A stretch of DNA of 64,000 bases from a virus (Duplodnaviria; Caudoviricetes). The number at the start of each line of letters is the position of its first letter. The stretch's first letter is position 1. The notes below the pieces were generated by a model. It was not told the DNA's origin, did no database searches, and saw only the letters and a program-made list of their open reading frames with translations. The stretch spans positions 52,287 to 116,286 of the IMG/VR virus record IMGVR_UViG_3300031998_000027; one strand, given 5' to 3'. Below are positions 59,020 through 64,000 of the stretch, piece after piece. Position numbers and translations under genes: made by a program.

Positions 59020-59148
59020 ATGATTCGTTCTGTACTTTATTATGAAAATAGAATTAACCTTTTGAAATACCGACAGAAAGATAATCAAAAGATTATAAAA
59101 AAGCTTGAGCGTTGTCTGCGCGCTGCTAAGGAAAATACGCGCTCATAG
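59020..59148 (+). CDS. Small basic hypothetical protein (42 aa; not in ORF track)
   Basis: AGGAGG SD; MIRSVLYYENRINLLK..; stop lies inside tRNA-Lys. Confidence 0.55.
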   Translation: MIRSVLYYENRINLLKYRQKDNQKIIKKLERCLRAAKENTRS

Positions 59149-59214
59149 TTCAGTCGGTAGAACACTTGCCTTTTAAGCAAGGAGTCGTGGTTTCGAGTAC
59201 CACTGAGCGCACCA
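59139..59214 (+). tRNA. tRNA-Lys(UUU)
   Basis: GCGCTCA/TGAGCGC; CTTGC-CTTTTAA-GCAAG; CCA. Confidence 0.9.
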
Positions 59215-59217
59215 CAT

Positions 59218-59291
59218 GGGGGATTAGCGTAATGGTAGCGCGCTGGGCTTTGAACCCATACGCAGAGGTTCGACTCCTCTATCCCCTGCCA
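59218..59291 (+). tRNA. tRNA-Gln(UUG)
   Basis: TGGG-CTTTGAA-CCCA; GGTTCGACTCC; CCA. Confidence 0.88.
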
Positions 59292-59294
59292 TAT

Positions 59295-59369
59295 ATCCTG
59301 TTAGTATAGTGGTATTATACCAGACTCTTAATCTGTGAGACCTGGGTTCAAATCCCAGACAGGGTACCA
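59295..59369 (+). tRNA. tRNA-Lys(CUU)
   Basis: CAGA-CTCTTAA-TCTG; GGTTCAAATCC; CCA. Confidence 0.85.
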
Positions 59370-59392
59370 ATTTTTTGAAAGGTGTGAATTAT

Positions 59393-59534
59393 ATGAATAT
59401 TCAAAGTTTATCTATTGTTGTGCCAACGGGAAAATGCTGGAACCATTGTAAATTTTGTGTATCTCATATGCATCATGAAGACTAATGGTCATCTCTATTC
59501 TAGATGGGATGATAAAGGTAGTTTAATTTTTTAG
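59393..59534 (+). pseudogene. Internally deleted radical SAM gene remnant
   Basis: MNIQSLSIVVPTGKCWNHCKFCVSHMHHED* (CxxxCxxC), then out-of-frame NGHLYSRWDDKGSLIF*. Confidence 0.65.
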
Positions 59535-59543
59535 GGTGATAAA

Positions 59544-60401
59544 ATGGAAATTATAAAGCCAGAAGGATTATCTTGTATTACAATTTATAAAGTTCCCTTT
59601 GCGGAAATAGAAAAGCTTGACTTCGCGCAATGCGCGCAACCTACAGAAACTCTTGAGCATTTTTATAATCGTCAGGAGAAGAAGCCAAAGCTTCTGTTTA
59701 ATGGCGGTTTCTTTGATATGGATAATGGGAACACTGTCTTTTCTTATGTGGATGAAGGGGAAATTATAAACCTTGATGCATCATTTGTGGAGGGAATTGG
59801 TCTCAAAAATAACAGACCAGTTTTAGACCTTTATAATCCTTCTTATAAAGATTTTATAAGCGGCTATCCCGTTTTAATGAATGATGGTATACCAGTTAAT
59901 ACCTCTATTGGGTCTGAAATTAACTATAAAACGCGTCGTACTATTATGGGTTATGATGAGTTTAACTTCTATATGTTAATTATTGAAAAGCCAGGATATA
60001 ATTTTAAGGAACTGAAAGAACTTCTGTCTATGTTTAATATTCCAAATGCAATTAATTTGGATGGCGGCGGCAGTACAAGAATCCTGGTTGATGGAGTCAA
60101 TAAGAGCGAGCAAGTTTATTCGCGCCCAGTTGACAATGTAATTGCTGTTTATCTTAAAGACCCAGTTATTTATAGGGTTCAGACTGGCGCTTTTACAAAA
60201 AAGGCTAATGCTGAAGCTTATAAAAAAGAAATTCAAAATCTGACTGATACAATTGGAGCCGGTTATAAGAATGCTTACGTTAGGATAGTTGACGGTCTTT
60301 ATAAGGTACAAGTCGGCGCCTTCAGCGTAAAAGCTAATGCTGAACGGGTTTTAAGAGATTTACAAGAAAAAGGTTATAATGCATTTATAACTACTAAATA
60401 A
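59544..60401 (+). CDS. Phosphodiester glycosidase (NAGPA-like) with SPOR domain; candidate cell-wall enzyme/endolysin
   Basis: FNGGFF, RT.MG, AINLDGGGS; two YRVQTGAF/YKVQVGAF SPOR repeats. Confidence 0.8.
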   Translation: MEIIKPEGLSCITIYKVPFAEIEKLDFAQCAQPTETLEHFYNRQEKKPKLLFNGGFFDMDNGNTVFSYVDEGEIINLDASFVEGIGLKNNRPVLDLYNPSYKDFISGYPVLMNDGIPVNTSIGSEINYKTRRTIMGYDEFNFYMLIIEKPGYNFKELKELLSMFNIPNAINLDGGGSTRILVDGVNKSEQVYSRPVDNVIAVYLKDPVIYRVQTGAFTKKANAEAYKKEIQNLTDTIGAGYKNAYVRIVDGLYKVQVGAFSVKANAERVLRDLQEKGYNAFITTK

Positions 60402-60402
60402 T

Positions 60403-60488
60403 GGAAGCGTGTCCGAGAGGTTTATGGTGAAGGTCCTGAAAACCTTTGTACGAAAGTACCGTGGGTTCAAATCCTACCGCTTCCGCCA
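60403..60488 (+). tRNA. tRNA-Ser(UGA), C33 variant
   Basis: GGAAGCG/CGCTTCC, G73; AAGGT-CCTGAAA-ACCTT; long variable arm. Confidence 0.88.
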
Positions 60489-60491
60489 TAC

Positions 60492-60578
60492 GGAGGATTG
60501 GCGTAATGGTAACGCAGTGGATTGCTAATCCATCCTACCTTTTTGGTAGTACAGGTTCGATTCCTGTATCCTCCGCCA
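60492..60578 (+). tRNA. tRNA-Ser(GCU)
   Basis: GTGGA-TTGCTAA-TCCAT; long variable arm; CCA. Confidence 0.9.
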
Positions 60579-60581
60579 TTT

Positions 60582-60656
60582 GCTGATGTAGCTCAGCGGC
60601 AGAGCGGCCGCCTTGTAAGCGGCAGGTCGAGATTTCAAAATTCTCCATCAGCTCCA
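60582..60656 (+). tRNA. tRNA-Thr(UGU)
   Basis: GCCGC-CTTGTAA-GCGGC; GCTGATG/CATCAGC; CCA; atypical T arm. Confidence 0.85.
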
Positions 60657-60700
60657 AATTTGATTTTTTTTTAAATTTTATATATAATATATATAGAAAG
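60657..60700 (+). promoter_or_regulatory. sigmaA-like promoter
   Basis: TTGATT-17-TATAAT..TAGAAAG. Confidence 0.6.
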
Positions 60701-60720
60701 TTAAGAAAAGAGGTTTTCTG

Positions 60721-60912
60721 GTGTATATTTGTCCAATTTGTAACAGAACCTTTGATATTGAAGATCAAATAGCAAAACATTCTTTAAGGTGCTGGCGGGA
60801 ACATAATCCCTATCACAAATCTAAGCCTGCGCCGCATACAACAGATCTTAATGAGAGAAAAGTTAATAATGAAGTTTTAGATTTTTTTGCTAATCTACAG
60901 AAAGGAAATTAA
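60721..60912 (+). CDS. C2H2-like Zn-finger protein
   Basis: YICPICNRTF..HSLRC. Confidence 0.65.
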   Translation: MYICPICNRTFDIEDQIAKHSLRCWREHNPYHKSKPAPHTTDLNERKVNNEVLDFFANLQKGN

Positions 60913-60913
60913 A

Positions 60914-61264
60914 ATGCAAGAAGTAAGAATTAAAACTCATTTGATAATTACGGGTATGCATGAGGAATATTTTGTAGATTGGTGCGGCAAGATAGCTAAC
61001 ACAAAACCTCTTCTTAAAAATGGTCTTCCTATCTTCGTTATAATTGGGTCTGAGGCGCGCATGGAACTCAACACAATTGATATAAAGAGAATTGAGGAAA
61101 ATGCGAAGAGGATGACTCATCCGCATGGGCGTCAGGCAGTAACAACTGACATCGCGCATATTTATATTAAAGAGGAAGATGGGAGTGAAACTCTAATGGG
61201 CCGAGTTATTCACAACCATGTGAAAGAATATCGGCAGATGTATGATAAGTTTGAGAAGATATAA
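60914..61264 (+). CDS. Hypothetical protein
   Basis: AAAGGA SD before ATG 60914. Confidence 0.6.
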   Translation: MQEVRIKTHLIITGMHEEYFVDWCGKIANTKPLLKNGLPIFVIIGSEARMELNTIDIKRIEENAKRMTHPHGRQAVTTDIAHIYIKEEDGSETLMGRVIHNHVKEYRQMYDKFEKI

Positions 61265-61320
61265 AAATTTGATTTTCTTTTAATTTTTTTTGATATAATA
61301 ATTATAGAAGGGAAAATAGT

Positions 61321-61581
61321 ATGGAAATAATAACCGACTCTTTTAATAAAGAAGGGAAGTGCCCCGATTGTGGATCTACTTTCTTTTATAACCTTAATGA
61401 TATAGAAAAAATTAAAATGGAAAATGCTATCGCAAAAGAAACAGCAGAAAAGATCCTTGAACGATCCTCTATTATAAAAGGACAGTGGTTTCAGATATCT
61501 GGAGAAATGATTAAGTGTCCTTGCTGTTCTAAGCATATAGTAATAAAAAATCCTTCAATTGCTTTTAAATCACATTCTTAA
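61321..61581 (+). CDS. Zn-ribbon protein
   Basis: CPDCG..CPCC; upstream promoter motif at 61265-61310. Confidence 0.6.
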   Translation: MEIITDSFNKEGKCPDCGSTFFYNLNDIEKIKMENAIAKETAEKILERSSIIKGQWFQISGEMIKCPCCSKHIVIKNPSIAFKSHS

Positions 61582-61637
61582 AATTTGAAAAATTCAGAAA
61601 ATTCTGATATAATATATATAGAAAGTGAGAGAAAAAG

Positions 61638-61820
61638 ATGGCTTATCAGATTGGTGATACAATTCGTATTATCTCAATGGATGGTGAACCGCAGTATAGC
61701 GGGCGCGAAGGTATTATTGACCACATTGATGATGCTGGTCAGCTCCATGGAACTTGGGGTGGACTTGCAGTAATACCTGGCGAAGACCATTTTACTGTTA
61801 TTAGAAAAGCTTCTAATTAA
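61638..61820 (+). CDS. Small SH3/KOW-like protein (DUF4314-like)
   Basis: IGDTIRIISM..G.IDHIDDAGQLHGTWG..IPGED; promoter motif at 61581-61625. Confidence 0.6.
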   Translation: MAYQIGDTIRIISMDGEPQYSGREGIIDHIDDAGQLHGTWGGLAVIPGEDHFTVIRKASN

Positions 61821-61869
61821 AAGGTTCCCACTCGCCTACCAGCTTTTGCTGCGTGAAAGAGTGTTTTGA

Positions 61870-61918
61870 AAATTTGATTTTTCTATAAATTTTTGATATA
61901 ATATTTATAGAAAGTCAA
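61870..61918 (+). promoter_or_regulatory. Promoter driving the ncRNA block, inside an inverted repeat
   Basis: TTGATT-17-(TGA)TATAAT..TAGAAAG; TTGATTTTTCTATAAAT/ATTTATAGAAAGTCAA. Confidence 0.7.
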
Positions 61919-61970
61919 GAGAGGCTTTGGACTTAGGAAATCCTTGTAAGTAGTTGTTTAGGGACAATAA

Positions 61971-62225
61971 CCTCTTAAATTCAATAGGCTCGCGGTCAAC
62001 TGAGACAGCCTTGGGACGATGGCACAATAAGTGCGCGCTGAGTTGTGTTCTTGGGTTGTAGGGAAATACGTCCTATATGACGATATAGGAGAATACCTTA
62101 CGGATTTAATTATCTCCAGTAAACCTATTGAATTTTGAGGTCGTAATGACTTCCCTACGGCCTCTATGGCGCTAGTATGGACAGCCTGCTCGTGGCGGCG
62201 CTGCTTACGCAAATTTTAGTCCATA
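61971..62225 (+). ncRNA. Structured RNA domain upstream of the ROOL-like RNA
   Basis: CCTCTTAAATTCAATAGG/CCTATTGAATTTTGAGG helix; crossing GTTGTAGGGAA/TTCCCTACGGC; TCCTATAT-GACG-ATATAGGA. Confidence 0.55.
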
Positions 62226-62226
62226 G

Positions 62227-62816
62227 TCAGTATTATATACCTCGGTGAAGACGAATACCATCGCGCCGAGAAGTCGTCCGGTCTGCGGATTGAACTAGAA
62301 TTGGGAAGATAGAGGATACCCTATCGCTCCTATAGATGGCTTCTATCGTGAGATAGAAGTTGCCTGCACCAAAGGGTGTGGCTAGAGGATGACTGTGCTG
62401 ACAAAGTCGCAATCAAAAATACTGTCTCATCGCTTCCACAATAGAAGTTAAGCGTTAAAAGCGTAAACTGAAGCCAAGTTAGGATGTTCAGCGTGGCAAC
62501 TGGGTCAAACCTTGGTAAAGCCAATAAGGGAGTCTGTAGTGAGGTCATAGTAATATGACTATAAGATGAGGTCAAGGTGCGAGTAGCCCAGATACAGAGA
62601 CTCAGAAACTGATAGGGATAATTATTGAAAATTATTTTACTTTTCTGAACGGTGGGTGAAAGTTAGAGGTAATCAATCCTCTCAAGGCTTGTGCCGCTAT
62701 GCGGCAAGGGCAAGAAGTTATAGGGTCGCTACCTATGGCTCAGACTTGTTCTCCTTGTGATTGAAAATGGTTGAAGGCTTAACAGTTGGTAGGGCGAAGG
62801 CCCATATAATTACTGA
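62227..62816 (+). ncRNA. Large ornate ncRNA, ROOL-like (GOLLD as alternative)
   Basis: ~590 nt closed by TCAGTATTATAT/ATATAATTACTGA; GNRA-capped hairpins; no credible ORF; in a phage tRNA array. Confidence 0.65.
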
Positions 62817-62962
62817 ACCCCTTTTCAATATCGCTCCCTATTAATTATGCGCGAGGGACTTGAGCAACTGTAAGAGAATTCCATGAAAATGGCTTGTACT
62901 GACAAAACGCGCGGGTGAGTTTAATTGTCTTCTCACCCTTATGTCAAAAAGACAATTTATAT

Positions 62963-63036
62963 AGAGGATGTGGTGTAAGAGTAGCATACAACATTTGGGA
63001 TGTTGTGGAGCCGTGCAAATCGGACATCTTCTACCA
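62963..63036 (+). tRNA. tRNA-Pro(UGG), atypical
   Basis: CAACA-TTTGGGA-TGTTG; AGAGGATG/CATCTTCT plus ACCA; T-loop TGCAAAT. Confidence 0.72.
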
Positions 63037-63185
63037 TTTAATTTCTATTTTGAAACGGTTCAGGTCCTATCGGCCGATTAGGCAGGCGAGGGAAGTGAGG
63101 TAGGTTGCGAAAGCGTAAAATCCTCCGCCTTGTAAGCGTAGTTATGAAACATGAACTCCGCCTAATCTTTAAAATAGAAATTAAA
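63037..63185 (+). ncRNA. Candidate structured ncRNA (~150 nt), unassigned
   Basis: 18-bp closing helix TTTAATTTCTATTTTGAA/TTTAAAATAGAAATTAAA; GATTAGGC/GCCTAATC; AGGCG/CGCCT. Confidence 0.5.
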
Positions 63186-63278
63186 ACCAGGCCAAGTATG
63201 CTACTGTTGAAAAACCCTAACCGATAGGGGTGTGTGATTTACACACTTAATCACACAAAATAGCCTGTTAGTAAACGC

Positions 63279-63547
63279 CCTTTTAATTAAGGTATGGTTG
63301 AAAGCAGAGCAAATCGTTAACGGAGGTAGTGCTCATGATTATGATAAGAACTTCCCGCAACGAGAGAAATCCGAATATTCGGATTTGACGTCCGCTTAGC
63401 GTCATTAAATAAATGAGCCTTCCGTCGTAGACATGGATTTTTTAAGAAAAATCTTTTTCAACTACCACCGGCACTCAACCTCGGTGTCCTTTGAGATATG
63501 CGGGTCAGTGATATGTGGCATTGTGGCTAACGACGTTAAATAAAAGG
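63279..63547 (+). ncRNA. Candidate multi-pseudoknot ncRNA (~270 nt), unassigned
   Basis: CCTTTTAATTAA/TTAAATAAAAGG closure; ACGGAGG/CCTTCCGT; GCTCAT/ATGAGC; CCCGCA/TGCGGG. Confidence 0.5.
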
Positions 63548-63576
63548 CAAAGTAAAAAAGATTTTTATTAATAGAT

Positions 63577-63650
63577 GGCGGGTTGGTGTAATGGTAGCAT
63601 AGTAGACTCATTATCTACCGATTTGAGTTCAAGTCTCAAGCCCGCAACCA
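63577..63650 (+). tRNA. tRNA with CAU anticodon (Met or Ile2), atypical
   Basis: GTAGA-CTCATTA-TCTAC; G1:A72 mismatch; U37; CCA. Confidence 0.8.
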
Positions 63651-63654
63651 TTAC

Positions 63655-63678
63655 GCGCCCTTCGTGGGCGCATTTTTT
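63655..63678 (+). terminator. Terminator-like hairpin
   Basis: GCGCCC-TTCGT-GGGCGC-ATTTTTT. Confidence 0.6.
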
Positions 63679-63684
63679 ATATTT

Positions 63685-63760
63685 GCTCCCATCGACAAGC
63701 GGCCAAAGTCACTGCCCTTTCACGGCAGAGTCGCCAGTTCAAATCTGGCTGGGAGTACCA
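63685..63760 (+). tRNA. tRNA-Glu(UUC)
   Basis: CTGCC-CTTTCAC-GGCAG; GCTCCCA/TGGGAGT; CCA. Confidence 0.9.
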
Positions 63761-63774
63761 AAAAGGAGAATAAT

Positions 63775-64000
63775 ATGGCTGAAAAGGAAATTTCCGAAGT
63801 TATTGAATTTATCCGGCGCCGCTTCCCTCAAGATTGTAATTGGCTTAATGGTAATTGCTATTGGTTTGCCGCAATTTTGAGGGCGCGTTTTCCTTTTCTA
63901 AAGATTTTTTATATGCCCATGTCTGGCCACTATGTGGCAGGCGCGCAAAATACGTACTTCGACTGGACTGGAAAAGTTACTCCTTCTGAGCCAGTCATAC
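63775..64000 (+). CDS. Hypothetical protein (runs off window)
   Basis: AAGGAG SD; MAEKEISEVIEFIRRRF..GNCYWFA..GHYV..FDWTG. Confidence 0.6.
   Translation, partial: MAEKEISEVIEFIRRRFPQDCNWLNGNCYWFAAILRARFPFLKIFYMPMSGHYVAGAQNTYFDWTGKVTPSEPVI

Noticed and set aside
61900-63550. tmRNA, RNase P RNA or SRP RNA; ORFs 61958-62212, 62330-62575, 62915-63103
   Set aside because: Signature sequences absent; the ORFs lack SD and overlap structured RNA or tRNA
59139-63760. Theta (HDV-like) ribozymes at tRNA 3' ends
   Set aside because: tRNAs encode CCA and their trailers do not show an HDV-like fold by eye
63575-63880. 101-aa ORF in the ORF track
   Set aside because: Overlaps two tRNA genes; the SD-supported gene starts at 63775 in another frame
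1-64000. Stop-codon reassignment or suppressor tRNA
   Set aside because: Long genes are intact in code 11; no CUA/UCA/UUA anticodon found; the Ser tRNA anticodon UGA reads UCA
1-64000. CRISPR array, DGR/retron reverse transcriptase, integrase, IS element
   Set aside because: No regular repeat-spacer array and no RT, recombinase or transposase motifs seen

Overview
A 64 kb slice of a large, AT-rich, long-tailed dsDNA phage. It is most likely a siphovirus of a Firmicutes/Clostridia-type anaerobe; the host is inferred from sigmaA-like promoters, strong SD sites, class III RNR and SPOR domains. Standard genetic code. (1) 1-19.4 kb, + strand: end of the major capsid gene, head-tail joining genes, tail tube plus a diverged paralog, ~2650-aa tape measure, Dit and Tal-like proteins. 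(2) 19.4-45.6 kb, - strand: a self-sufficient replication and nucleotide-metabolism block with GyrB/GyrA, SSB, AAA recombinase, DnaB, primase, RecJ, C5-MTase, DnaE, glutaredoxin, NrdD split by a group I intron encoding a NUMOD3/TnsA-like endonuclease, NrdG, ThyA, dUTPase and RuvC. (3) 45.7-50.3 kb, +: an insulated six-gene cassette of unknown function (putative Cys-peptidase, Gly/Cys-rich hydrophobic coiled-coil protein, BclA-C/TNF-like protein), followed by three fibre/adhesin-like genes. (4) 50.4-57.7 kb, +: RNase H, kinase, ligase, nucleases, a minimal UvrD and small ORFs. (5) 57.7-64 kb, +: ten tRNA genes, including a tRNA-Leu(UAA) with a group I intron carrying an HNH gene. They are interspersed with a ~590-nt ROOL-like large RNA and about five more pseudoknotted non-coding elements I cannot assign to a family. 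About 14 copies of one promoter motif recur, several centred in inverted repeats, and GCGC/CGCG words look conspicuously frequent. All calls are by-eye motif and base-pairing reading; no searches were run.
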